DNA from: Squalus acanthias
Lineage: Eukaryota
DNA length: 64,000 nt
Direction of reading: 5' to 3'
Assembly: GCA_030390025.1 (NCBI GenBank)
Contig: CM059432.1
Location: forward strand, 130,882,001 to 130,946,000
Of the stretch, positions 37,506 through 50,874 are shown in pieces. The notes below the pieces were generated by a model. That model was not told where the DNA came from, searched no databases, and saw nothing but the letters and a program-made list of their open reading frames with translations. Within the stretch, counting starts at the first letter, position 1. Each line of letters starts with the position of its first letter. The position numbers and the translations under genes are program-made.

Positions 37506-37810
37506 ACTGAAGTACTTTTTGAAGTATAGTCACTGTTGTAATGTAGGGAAATATGGCAGCCAATTTGCACAGCAAGGTCCCACAAACAGCAATGAGGCAC
37601 TGGGATAATTGTCCTACTCTTATTTGAATAGTGCCATGGAATCTTTTACGTCCACCATGGATTAACATCTCATCTGAAAGACAGTGTCTTTCGACGGTGC
37701 AACATTCCTTCAGTACTGCACTGAAGCCTCAGCCTAGATTGTGATCCAGTACCTAAGTGGGGCTTGATCCCACATTGGTAAGGATGCTACCACTGAGCCA
37801 AGGCTGACAC
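37506..37810 (-). mobile_element. DeuSINE, inverted, internally deleted
   Basis: Reverse complement of the same family; head at 37810 (ctgagccaaggctgacac). Confidence 0.8.
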
Positions 37811-40800
37811 CTGACAAGTTGCACTTTTGTGCCACTGCACGCAATTCATTTTGTTTTCCAATGTGGTTCAGTGTATAAGACTGTTTGTGTAACAGTTTCT
37901 TAACACTGCTATATCTTTACTGAATATCGCTTGACGCTTCATTTATTCTGTTAAATAATGAGTGTGGGTATTGGTAAGAGCCAACATTTTATTTGGACGT
38001 CTTTCAAGTGGGATTGTCACGCCCTGAAATATAATTCTGGTTGCTGGGTATAAATAAACATATTGAGATCATTTCTGTTTCCCTTATCAGAATCATATCC
38101 GTCTTCTGCTCCACTTTGAAGCACGACTCAGCAGCTATAAGTGAGGTATCTGGAATTAAATACTGACACATTGTGTGTTTTGGTATTTAATAATAAAATA
38201 AAAGTAACGATTCATTTCTTGAGGTATACAGTAATGCTGCACTAAATTCACCATGTTCAAACCCTTCTTTATTAGGAGGGCGAGAAGAGCAACAAAAGAG
38301 ACAGTATCTGTGTTGCATGTTCAACTTCAACTTCTGTGATATAAAATGAGAAAAGCCAGCTGGCTACATACAACTAAACATGTGTCAGACTTGTCCCTTA
38401 AATAGAAAATGAGAGCAAATGCTGAGAGGACAGCTTTCATTCCAAGCCTATGAGTACCATCTGCTGTGGGTGTAGGGAAACGTCTTTGGAATCTTGGCAT
38501 AGATTGAACTTGGGATAGCAAAAAGCAAGATAACATCTGGAGCCTGGAAGTGTTTTGCAATAATGTGATTGTAATCCCTCAAACTGTGGAAATCCAAAAA
38601 TTCATGAACAACATTTGTAAGCTTCTTTCCTCTTCCCCTGGCATAGCTTTGGGAGTTTATCCAGCGAGTAGCCGAGCCACACGGATCAAGGAGGTCCTAA
38701 GTTCGATCTGAAGTCACTGCCCTTAGCTAATCTTTGCTGGAACAGTGATCTCAGTGGCCTTGGTTAGGGAAGGAGAAAAAAAAATCGTCCAGGATTTGCA
38801 CTCTTCCAAAAGTTCGTGTGTGTGTGTGGATGTCAAGTGAGGACAGTGTCAGGCTCAAGTATGATGTCCTGCACAGTAAATAGTTCAGGCTTATGCATAA
38901 GTAATGGCCACTTAAGCAAGATATTGGAGGATGATTGAAGTCCTTGGAACTAAACCTCAGCAAGGAATCAATGCCTTCAGGAGAGGAAAAGAGAAGAACT
39001 GGCAAGAAATAAACTTTTTTAAAGTATGCATTTATGAGCTCCAGTGAACAATGGTCCTGTGCATACTTAAACAAATGAATTCCATGTTTATTTTCTGCCC
39101 CTTTCCCCTTTTGAAATCTAACTTGTATGTACAATATTGGCTTTTATTCAGTTTAATGAAAGCAATCTATTATAAGCTGGGGGGAGGGGGTGTTTCACTA
39201 TATAAATATTCAGTTAGTTTGACCTGGCTGAACAAGACAATCTGCTTGTGAGATGAGTGTAAAACACACTCACTTTGTGTGGAGGTTTTCATTTTAGTGG
39301 TTAGTGGATTGTTTGAAACATTGAAATCCCTGTCAGAATGATAAATTATTGTAAGCTCCCTTTCTGTAGCAGTAGGTTGTACCAATTCATTGATCCACAG
39401 CTGTACTTAGGGAAAGGTTCATACCTGTGAGCTATCCACATTGGGTCATACTCCTCCCTTCCTCTTCCCCGAGCCCCATTCGCAGGCTCAAAAATAATCT
39501 GGACAAGCCATTTCCTCAATAGGGAATTTGGCCAGCCATTCTGATGCAGAGTACAGCAGGAACATTTTATTATATTTCTACGTGAGCACTGTTTCAAAAC
39601 TGTACTTGCGTAAAACCAATTATTCTGTGAATAAGGGCCTTGGGGCACTTTGAGAGACCCCAGCTATCTAACATTCCTTTTAGATGTTCTAACTTGTCAG
39701 GATATGGTCATATTTATTTTGAGATCTCTTCCAGAAAGGATTAATAAGGAGTAAAACCCAAATATGGTGGTGAAGTACTTTGTGAAAAGTTGTAACACAT
39801 GCTTTTCCACATACAAAGTACCTTTTAGTGTTGGCTCCAATGGAACACTGAAGTATAAACTCTGAACTGCATGTTAAGCTGTGAAGTCTTATTAATATGA
39901 ACTGTGGAATTAACCAGTTGTAAATGTTGAGCTGTTTACTGCACAGGTAAATCTTCTATACTTTGACTTAGTGAGCAGACTGCTGTAGAAATCTTATTGG
40001 ACTTATCAATTTTGGTCATTCTGACCTGAACACACTACATTTGTTTGTAATTCCAGAGTTCTGTACTGATCAAAGAAATTATGTCTCCTTGCTGTTCTGC
40101 TTTGATTTTAAGGGAAATGGCACCATGCCAATAGCAAATAAAGAAAAATGGGCATTAAAATCGCAATGTCTAGAGAGTGTTTGTGTGTGTGTGTGTGTCT
40201 TGTACTGTTAACACGTTCAAAATTTGGTTGGACTTTTGTGGCTAAAAGTTCAATGTTTCATGTGCAGGTGGGTATCATTCAAATGTATGAGATGGTTTAT
40301 CTTGTCCACAACCACAGTAGAACAAACCACATTTTTGAAGAAAATGTTAGATGTGAAGTGCTTCCCCTCTACATAGCTGTTTCGTTAAACTTTTAGTGAC
40401 TGAAACAAGAAAATGACAGAACGCTGATTTACTGGAATCTTTGCGGCTTATTCAGGTGAGACCATGCTGAAGTGGCTGTTTATGGTATTTAGTTTGAAGG
40501 ATTTATAGGGGAATCTTTTATCAGATGTCAAGTTTAGATTAAGGATAGCATCAGTTGAATTCGTCAGCAGCCAAAGCATAGTTCATAGCTCTTGCCCCTT
40601 ATTTTGATTTAACGTTCGTGATGTTTGTTCATTGTCACAGATCTCAACCTCTGGAAGGGTTGAATGGAGTGGAAGAAAGAAATCTGCTTTTCTTGCAAGA
40701 GTGATTGTTAATAAAACTATTTTGGGACGAGGTGTGGTGGAAAAGGAAAGACTCATGAATGACTATTTAAAGCAAAATTTCCACATCTCCAGTCTAGTTT

Positions 40801-41503
40801 GGAGATAGGAGCAGTTATAACTTGCATTTTTTTCTCAAGCCTTACAACACTTATCAAATATATTGTACTTCAACATACGTTCAAACAAACTTCCAAAGGA
40901 ATATATGGTTAACTGGTATGTGAGAGCACATAGCCATAACAAAACAAGGTGATGATACATGTGTTTAATAACTAATAACTATTAAATGATGGTGGCGTTT
41001 ATTCTGAAGAATATAATTTATTGAATGTATAACTTGTGTGCATTTCTTTTACAATCTACTGCATAAAATAGTAATCTGTTCACATTACATTTACTTTAAC
41101 TCAGATGGATAGCCTTTTCCACAAGCTGTTCCTAAACCATATATTTAGATTAATATGTGCTTTTTTTTTTAAAAAAAGGGTCGTTTTGACATTCAAGTGA
41201 AGGTACACAGTTCCATAGTGTCTGGAACAGAAGTAGATTTTTTTTAAATTGACACTGCTGACCATTACTCTGTTGATCATGTGCTTGACTCGCCTTACAA
41301 TCTATAGTAATTATCACTGGATACAAGCAAATAATGGACCAAGCAAATAATGGACCACTTAGTAGACAGATGTAATTATTGTAGATTGTTCCATTGCAAA
41401 GTCAAAAATTACCATAACTATGCCGTGATTTGGTTGGGATTTGTAGGGTGAGCTTTGCATACAATAAACAGCAAGTGCACATCTGCGCTGTCCGTTCTGT
41501 CTT

Positions 41504-42148
41504 TTTAAAAATTCGTTTTATGGGATGTGGGCGTCGCTGGCAAGGCCAGCATTTATTGCCCATCCCTAATTGCTCTTGAGAAGGTGGTGGTGAACTGCCT
41601 TCTTGAACCGCTGCAGTCCGTGTGGTGAAGGTACTCCCACAGTGTTGTTCGGGAGGGAGTTCCAGGATTTTGACCCAGCGATGATGAAGGAGCGGCGATA
41701 TACTTCTAAGTCAGGATGGTGTGTGACTTGGAGGGGAACTTGGAGGTGGTGGTGTTCCCATGCGCCATCTTGTAGATGGTACACACCTCAGCCACGGTAT
41801 GCAGGTGGTGGAGGGAGTGAATGTTTAAGGTGGTGGATGGGGTGCTAATCAAGCAGGCTGCTTTGTCCTGGATGGTGTTGAGCTTCTTGTTGTTGGAGCT
41901 GCACTGATCCAGGCAAGTGGAGAGTATGCCATCACGCTCCTTACTTGTGCCTTGTAGATGGTGGAAAGGCTTTGGGGGTGAGACACACTGCAGAATACCT
42001 AGCCTCTGACCTGCTCTTGTTGCCACAGTATTTATGTGGCTGGTCCAGTTAACTTTCTGGTCAATAGTGACCCCCCAGGATGTTGATGGTGGGGGATTCG
42101 GCGATGGTAATACCGTTGAATGTCAAGGGGAGGTGGTTAGACTCTCGC
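41504..42148 (-). mobile_element. LINE-B 3' portion
   Basis: YRRSFIIAGSKSWNSLPNNTVGVPSPHGLQRFKKAVHHHLLKSN; high similarity to 50875-51590. Confidence 0.9.
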
Positions 42149-44831
42149 TGTGCATTGCTGAAAATTAAAATTGGGTACAGAATGAGAGATTTTGGTCAGG
42201 TATTGAAAAGAAATACTGTACAGGATAAGTATTCTTTGACGTGTTACTGAGATAGGACAGTAGCTTCCACTCTGAATAATTCTGCATGCGGCAAGGTACT
42301 GCTGGTTAGCTATCTATCTGTACACTGTGGTCATTGATTTGGGTCATACTTTGTGCAATAATTCTAGGTGAGTCTGTTTTGCAAAGTTAATGAATTGACC
42401 TATTTCTGAATCATCTATCAGGAAGTAGTGTCCTGACAGCATAGTGCTACAAGATGATTTGCTGTATTAAGTCCATAGCTAGTATAGCTATTTTTGTCAC
42501 TGAGAAATAGATTTAAAACTAGTTTTTCTCCCACGGTGTTGCACACTGGGGACAAGATGAAATATATTCTTGAGGTGAACTGAGGTGAGTTGGTGGGGAT
42601 AGTTTGACTAGGGCATGCAGACATGAGAATTTTAATAAGATACAGTAACGACAAGAAATCTTGAGTTTAGTTATTACTATTGGGCAAAATGGTTTATACA
42701 AATATAAACAGTTTATAAAGATCATCTAAATGTAAGAACGTAGATAACAAAATTAGGAGGCTGCAGTAATAGGTAATTGATTTCAGTTGACAACATCTCA
42801 CTACAGTTTCTCCAAAGGTTTACAATCTTCTCCTTTGGTCACAAGTTTATCATTGCTACATAGTTCTACTTTATTGGTAATGTTGCCTCTTGTCCTGGAC
42901 TATTAAACTATTTTGCTAGATTTTTGCCAGCAGATCACTTTTTTCTCTTTACATTGTGTGACTGTTTTCTGAATAGGAATTAAATGCTCCGCTTAAGTTA
43001 GCTGTACGGTGAAAGAGGTGTCTTAGAAACCAAGCGAACCAAGCAGAGGCCATGTTGTCAAGTAGTCATGTGGACGTAAGATTGCTTCCTTGATGCTGAG
43101 AAGTGTAGTCACAACATGTGGGTTGTTTATAACAGTTGATGGAATTTACAGTTCTCTGAACGCATTGATCATGTTACAACGTGAACATATGGACATACTG
43201 AAATTCTGCATTGATGCATTAAAACTTTACGCTTCTCATATCCCAACTTCAAGGGAATGAATTTCCCTTTGCCTATTTCTTTACTTGAATAAAAGTAGTG
43301 TAGTTCTAACGGCTTAAAAAAAATAGTAATGAGGTGGCAAATTCTGAAGTAGTTACAGTGCATTCTTAGCGAGGAGATATTTGCCTTCCTATCTGTCTCT
43401 CGTGTATAGTGGAGCCTCTGCTCCCTTAAAGTAACTGGGCCAGTTCAAATTAGCAATATCCTCATTCCTGCCTTCCATTATTGTTACTGTTATGATTAGT
43501 TCAAATCTGTAAAATAACCAGAACATGTTGGTCCTCTAATGTTCCTACTGTGCTAAATGTGTTTCAAAATATTCCAAAACTGTCTAATTGAGGTTCTGTA
43601 CATGTTCAGTTTTTAATACTATAAATATTGTAACATCATTGAGTATTTTCACAGCCTCTTGTGTGATTTAAATATCTCAGTGGAAGGTTACACAAGGGAT
43701 TTTGCATTCTCTGGGATAGTTTTTTGAGTTATGCTCACTGGAAGTACATATTAGAAAATTGTGCACCTGAAATGATCATTTCTGCCAGAAGAGACTCCCC
43801 ATTGGGACTATAAAACTGGAAAATGTAAGGAACAGCACAGGCAACTTGACAAAATTAACTGTATAAGCCTAGAGCATTGCATGAAATAACTAATGGCTTT
43901 TAGCTTTGAAAAGTTTTACCAGCAGATCAGAGTTTAGATGGCCTTCATCAACTGCTGAAACTTCACTCTTGTATTTGGACATCATCTAAACACCTTGGCT
44001 GCGTTGTATGGAAGAGTTTTTTTTGTGTTGAAGGCTTCTTTTCGTGTGGAAAGCCAACCCTTTATTTTCCCTTTTTGTTATGTACAACTTCAGTATAATG
44101 GTGGTGGTAACACAAGATATGAGTGACAATGACAAAATTCAAACACAAAGACTAATTTAAAAAAAAGGAAACTGTTACAAAGAAGCTTAGGAGTGGGGGA
44201 AATCTGTTGTACCTGCAAGAGTGTAATTTGCTATTGTAGGTTTTTAATGAAGCCCTGATATTTAAACTTGTGTGGCGTTCGCTTTGTAGCATGCTGTTGT
44301 GCATTGCTGGTTGTTCGTGTTCCTCTCTCCATTCATCATCCTTTATAACGTTTCCTCCCCCCCCCCCCCCCCTCCCCCAATGCAATTATTCCACTGTGTT
44401 AGAGCATAAGAGCAACTGTTGGAGCATCTGGAATGCTCTTCTTCATTCAACACCATAAACCAATTTTGCACTTTTTAAGCCAGTTTGTAAATTGTTGTGT
44501 GTCTGGGAATGTGTTGATGTAATAAAGATGATGGCTGTGAAATTAGCTCCTCCATATTTCTTTGTAGCAGCTCTTTTTCCAGCGTTAGAGCACCAAAAAA
44601 TTGTCACATTGCTGAAAATAACATGATTCTGGGAGGACTTCATCATTAAACAGCTATTCGAACAGTCATCCTGTTATGATGGAACACCACCATATTCAGA
44701 TGCTCATATTAGACGTTAACTCAAAAGTGGACTCTTCAGCTGTGTTAATCACTGCAGTGTCATTCCACTTTGTACAAAAATTGCTGTCATAATAAAAATA
44801 TATACACTACATCTGTGTTGCTTGGTATCCT

Positions 44832-45824
44832 CTCAAGGCTATGCATCACGTATTGCATGCTGCTGCTGTCGCTGTTTTATTAATATTAAAGCATAATGTA
44901 CTTGGAGATATGACCGTCAAAGATGCTCACATATTGTAATCTGATGTTTCCCATAGTTATGATATTGCCTGAATCTCATTATTGTGATCTTGTACTCAAA
45001 ATAACTTGGCAATCCACTTGAAAAGATTTAGGGTGTGTTTTGGATTGCAGTGTAACAGGACTGCATCATGGTCAACTAGGTCCCTCACAAAATGTGAGGA
45101 CTTTCTCATCATGGGTGAATGGGGGTTGGAAATGTTCTTATTCTACGCACTCTTTTTATTGTTGCAGACATGTAGCCATGGTACAGAAAATATGGGACTG
45201 GGAGATGGACATAGATCAGAGAGGATCACTGAGACACACGCTACTTTAAGAGCAGTTATCCAAATATCAACCTGCAGCAGATTGCATGAGAGACACAGAA
45301 TTAATTGAACATCCTGATCTGCCTCCAGAATTGTAATCTAAAGCCCCATAGCATGCTGAAGGAACTCTGTTAGAGGGAGGCATATGACCCTAAGAATAGG
45401 GCAAAAATTGGGAAATTCTCCAGTCAAGCCACAACCTTTCATTTGGAAGGCTGTTCCAAGTATTTTTTCTTGTTTTTCTCTTCCCACATGAAGGAAATTG
45501 AGCAAAACTCCAAAACATCATCTGACTTTACTTCTTAGATTATTCACCTTTAATTTGAATATTGCTATCTTTAACCTTTCATCCCATTCCTAATCAGCTG
45601 TTTACCTGGGAACACACATTATTGATAAAACAGTACGTACCAGCAGAAATGTCCAAGGCCATCCACATAACGCAAAGCAGAAATGTGCGACGCCAACCAC
45701 ATAACGCTAAGCTCAAGGTTATGCATCACATGTTGCATGCTGTAGCTATATTTATTAATATTGAGTATTTATTGTAATTGAGATGACCGTCAAAATTGCT
45801 TACATACCACATTGTACTGATGTT
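44832..45824 (+). repeat. Diverged ~115-bp direct repeat pair (44832-44949 and 45712-45824)
   Basis: ctcaagg.tatgcatcac.t.ttgcatgctg...tttattaatatt...atgaccgtcaaa..tgct.acata...ctgatgtt in both copies. Confidence 0.8.
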
Positions 45825-47039
45825 CAAAATTGCCGTATTAGTTTACAATACAAGATAACTGCACATCAATTTGCTGTACCGTAGAAGATCCGAAAAGATC
45901 ATCTGCTACCTGACTGAATTTTTCAAACTTGTGGCAGATGCTTTGGTAAATGGCTATTGCACATTCTTCTCTCTCCACTTATGTAGGGCAATCTTCTGAT
46001 GCTAGATGGTGTGCTTAAACAGCATATAAGATGTGTCTAGTGATAGTGTACACTACCAGTTAACTAATGTGGATTCTCCTTTAGCAAACACTTTTTTTTA
46101 TAGCTACCCTTGATTGACCCAATTCATATTCATTTTCTCTGAGGTATAAACTTTCTGGTGTTTGCATCTGTAAATCTTCAATTTAGTCAACTTTATTTAC
46201 GTAAAACTTGGATTTACACAATCTCAGTTCCATGTCAATAGTAACTTTCTCTCTTACCCACTTTTCACTCCCACTTTCCATGAATTATTTTGACATACGA
46301 CACTCTCATTTAAATTTGCAAGAGTTTGTTTTCAGTATACGAAATAGTGCATCAGAGTAGGTGAAACTTGCCTGTAGAATTTAGTAAATTGGCGAAGATG
46401 AGCAAGAAATTGACCAATTTTGCTTCCCGTTTTCTTTTGCTGAGGTATGATTCATGGGTGCCAGCAACACTCCAAGTGACCGGTTCTCACACAGAACAAA
46501 CAGTGTATGTTGGCAGGCTATTCAACCATGGACAGGGCACACATCAGCCTGATTATTATCCCCAGCTACAGTTAACACATGCACACTTTACAACAAGGGT
46601 CACTACATACAATCAAGATCAGGAACCCTGACTTTTTTCCGCCCCCCCCCCCCCCCCCCTCTCTAGCCCAGTTGTAGTTAGCCTGTCACTGAGCTCAGCA
46701 CAGACCAGGATTAAACCTCAAACTTTCCTGGTGTGTGCGACTCGGTATCACTCAAGGGAAGGAGGTTATACAGAGTTACAATTGTATTTTCCGGGTAAAG
46801 AAGGAAAGAAGCAGGCAGGTAGGATTATTGTGCATGTTCAATAGCTGCAATGCATTTTGTAGTTGAGGGAATATCATTATCTGAACTGAAGTGGTTTGTA
46901 TAACAATATAAGCTTTTGTGAGCTCTTTACGTCAATAGGTGAATTTAAACTGGGGCACTTTCTTGTTCAAAGATGCAAAAGAGGGGATGAAATTGAAATT
47001 GACCTGAGTCTTGGAAGACACCAAGCTCATCATGTCCAA

Positions 47040-47400
47040 CCAATGCAGAGCTGTAATCAACAAAAGCAGTAGAATGTTGAACTATATAGCCAGAACAGTA
47101 GAGTATATGAGATACTAAATTGTACGGAAAAGGTAATTCAGGAATATTATTTTAAATTAAGAGTGAGACAAGGGGGCACGGGTTCAAGATTGTAAGAGGA
47201 AAATTTATGACTCCTGTCAATAAGTCCTGTCAATGCATGGAATTAACTTGCGGTTTTAGGAGTAGAATCAAAAACCTGGGAATCACTTCAGAAATTATTG
47301 TTAGCTGCAACTGTGGGGCGGGGTAACACTTTAGGCTCTTTCTGAATGGATGATTTAACATGGGCCGAATGGCCTTCCTTGATCGTCTTTACTATTTATG
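47040..47400 (+). mobile_element. Degenerate CR1 3' fragment
   Basis: acaagggggcacgggttcaag (TRGHGFK) and tail atgggccgaatggcctt. Confidence 0.65.
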
Positions 47401-47999
47401 ATGTCACTATGAATAGATTTGAAAATTAAGAGATTGAGATGGATCAGCACACATCTGCTTTAGGTTTCTACTATGGATTGTACAATCATATGCTGTTGAT
47501 TTTCTTTTCTTTTATTCCTGAGAAATTTTTCTCCCCTCCTGTTGCTGAAGGCATGGACACCTGGCTGGGATAGGATTCCAAAGTGGAGGTTGTGCTCTGA
47601 TATTTTACCCAAGTGGCCATTCTTTGTAAGCTGATCTGGTATATGTTGGTAGGTTATTCAGGCCATTACAGTAGAACTTAATCACATCCTCACCCAACAG
47701 CTACAAATGCCCATTTCCAGTAGAATTGTTGGAGAATGGTCAGGTTATCCCCTGCCCCCTGTCCCCTCTCACTTGGGCACCGAGGCAAATTTGAGCACCT
47801 CTACCATGACCAGCTAGCTTAACACATACGGGGGTTCAACCTGGGAGCTTCCTGGTTGAACTATTCACTGCCAAAGTCGTTTGTAATTGACCTTCATTTG
47901 AAACATAATATTTCTTCTGGTATGTGAGGAGGTTACTTTTTTTATTTATAAAATATGTTACTAAAATTTTGTTGATTTCAGTTCCAGTTCAAAGATAAT

Positions 48000-48686
48000 G
48001 GCCAGGAATTTGGGTAAGCAGCGAAGGCGTACGCTTCGCACAAGGATCTAGCGATCCCTGTGTCAAGAACTTCGGGTTTTCCGACTCTCAATTCAATTCA
48101 ACAGAAGTTAATGGGGATTCCCTTGTGTGAACTGCTGCGACATCAACAGGCTGTCTAAGCAGCCAATCAAAAGGCAGAATTCTCACGGCGAACAAGGAAG
48201 TGGGTAAGCCTTTAAAATTTTAGAGCGTGCAAAACAAAGATTGGGGGGAAAAGGAAAACCTGGAATAAAGATGTAAAAAAAAAAAAAAAATGGATTTTTT
48301 TAAAGTTTCTTAATGTTTAATTTTTATTAAAATAGACAAATTTCACACTGCACAAAATAAAAATTACTTTTCCAGACCCTTAACATTTATTTAGCAATAA
48401 TAACGCTGTTAAAACCCCAGTTACACCTAATCCCTTTGTGTCTAACTTTTAGTGGGGAATTTAACAGCGTAGTTACTGCGGAAGAGCCGAAGTTTTCGTC
48501 CTTTTCTCTGATTTGGCTGATTACACAGATTGCCGGCTCTGTGTGGTGGGGAGATGGTGAACAGCGCAGCCCGTGTCGGAGCTGTGAATGACAGACCACA
48601 ACTTCAGGATTTCTGCATGTGGCAAGTCCCAAAGTTGCGGTCAGTTTCAAAGGTGAAATGACGGTGACCGCTGCCAGTTTCGGGCC
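48000..48686. mobile_element. Harbinger/PHIS-like MITE with GGCC termini
   Basis: GGCCAGGAATT ... AGTTTCGGGCC; AAT on both flanks (47997-47999, 48687-48689); CpG-richer ends around an AT-rich centre, like 29292-30858. Confidence 0.6.
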
Positions 48687-48935
48687 AATGTTGTAACAGT
48701 AAACAGCTTGCATTCTTCTTGCACCATTCTTGGTCTGTACTATCTCCCAAGGTTGTTCCTTGCCATTCTCCCCTTTGAAGTATTGGTTGTTAATAATATG
48801 AATACGTCCAATGCCCAGGTGGTAGCAATTCAATCTTGATGGTTATTGTTAATCATCCAAACTTAAGAATGTGTTTGCTTAATATTCTTTACATTATTTG
48901 CCAGAATCAAAGCCAATTGCCTACCTAGTCTGCTT

Positions 48936-48972
48936 TCACCTGACGAAGGAGCAGCGCTCCGAAAGCTTGTGA
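48936..48972 (+). ncRNA. Minimal type I hammerhead ribozyme motif (PLE-type)
   Basis: TCAC-CTGACGA-A-GGAGC-AGC-GCTCC-GAAA-GC-TT-GTGA: intact core, perfect stems I and II, palindromic AAGCTT in place of stem III. Confidence 0.78.
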
Positions 48973-49060
48973 TTTCAAATAAAACTGTTGGATTATAACC
49001 TGGTGTTGTGCGACTTCTCACATTTGTCCACCCCAGTCCAACACCGGCATCTCCACATTA
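48936..49060 (+). mobile_element. Second Penelope-like family, 3' terminal fragment
   Basis: Hammerhead followed by AATAAA and a typical pLTR-like tail (gttggattataacctggtgttgtg). Confidence 0.7.
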
Positions 49061-50874
49061 TGCTTTTAGTTGGTCCACATTGATCTCGAAATGCCTGTAA
49101 CTTTTTAGAACCCTTTACTATATTTATATTTGTTAAAAAGGAAGTATTTTTTTTTTACCTATAACTCATATTTTGAAAAGAACACAATGTTGTGGCCCAT
49201 AGAGATGAATTGGCCAGGGCCATGGTGGCATTCCAGTCAGTGGCTGTTCAAACTTGTTATGGGGTTGAGTGGAGCTGCATGGGCTTTTGGTTTGTTGATT
49301 GATTACTCTTGTGATAAAAGATCCAGTTTGGGCAGTTTAATATTACATAGCAAGCGGGATTCTGGTTGGTTGCGAAATTACTATTTTTTTCTTGACTTGT
49401 TGAAGTCTACAAAGTGATAAAAGGAATTAAACCTACTAATTTGAAATTTCAAAAGAAGAAACTTTTCTTTTGCTCTTCCCCCCAAAACAAGTATTAGCTG
49501 TTTTCTCTCTTCCGCACGCCACTCCCCTATTGAATTTGCACTAGTTCCCAGTTGAATGCCAGACAAGCAACCTGATCCCAGGTTTCTCTGTATTTTTGTA
49601 CCTAACCAGTAGAAACGTTTTCAGTAACTACTGAACAAAATGGGTCAGGAACTCTATTTGAGGACTTTTTGGTATTCATCTGTTGTACCACTCATGGTGT
49701 GTTGTGTTAATCCATCAATAGTATAAAAGCAACAAATACCGTTAAGGAATTTAAAAAAAAACTTTGTTTTATAAGAAACACTGCTTCATATGCATCGTAG
49801 TGAACAGAATAGAGCAATCGGCTTGTCCTGTGGACATTAGTTTATTGCTTCAAATATTTGAGTTTAATCTGGTAACTGACCAAGGCAAAATAAATCGGAC
49901 ATGCCAGTTTATGTGTATAATAACGGTAGTATTGCCTCAACACAAACACTTCTGTTGAATTCTGAACAATCTTAAGCACTTTTCTTTCATGAACTTTCTG
50001 GGTTCCTTTTCAGTAACTGACATGTTTGGCAACTGCAGTGAGGGAGCCGCTCTGTCTATAAAACCCTTCTCTCCAATCGTGTTTTTGAGAGAAGAGAAGA
50101 AAGAACTTGCATTTATATAGTGCTTTATTATATCCTCGGCACCGTCTGACAGTGCAACATGTCAGTTAAAGTGCAGTCACTGTTATGTACTGTAGTAGTA
50201 TTCACTCCGCCCGCCACCCCACCCACAACATTTTCTCCCTTGCTCAGCGGCCAATTTGTAGCTACTTACTCAGCATTGAGCAGATATTTTCCCAGGAACT
50301 TTACACTTTTTTAAAAATTTAATGGTTTCTTAAATTTACTACTCCATCTCCCCCCACCCCCGCAACCCCACACATGTCACATTGAAGTCTAGACCCACTT
50401 TTTTGTGGGTTTATGATTCTCCACTTACAATGCTAAAACTGGCTCCATTATTCTAACACAGGGAGCCAGGGCATGGATGATGGCTCTATGTACCAAGCTA
50501 AACAAGCACCAATGTAAATGTGTCTTTAGGAAATTAATGCTGATTTGTTTCTACTTGTGAAGTGTTTTTTTTTCCATGTAAGCACAGAAGTGAAGTTAGA
50601 AAAGCATCGCCAGAATGATCTCCATGTGCATTTATTTATTTATGCATGGGCATCTGATAGCACTTACCCTGTAGGTCTGTTCAGAGCCCGATTTTGAAAA
50701 ACGGAAACATGATCTTGAGCAGATGTGCAGAGCATCCCGTGTTGCTGAGGACTATGATAGAATTGCATCGACCCAATGCTGGCACAGGCAAGTTCAAGTT
50801 GGGGCTGCAGCAGGGAACTTCACATCATGATGCATGCAACAAGTCTGGGAACTGATGCAGAGGTTTTTTTTAAT

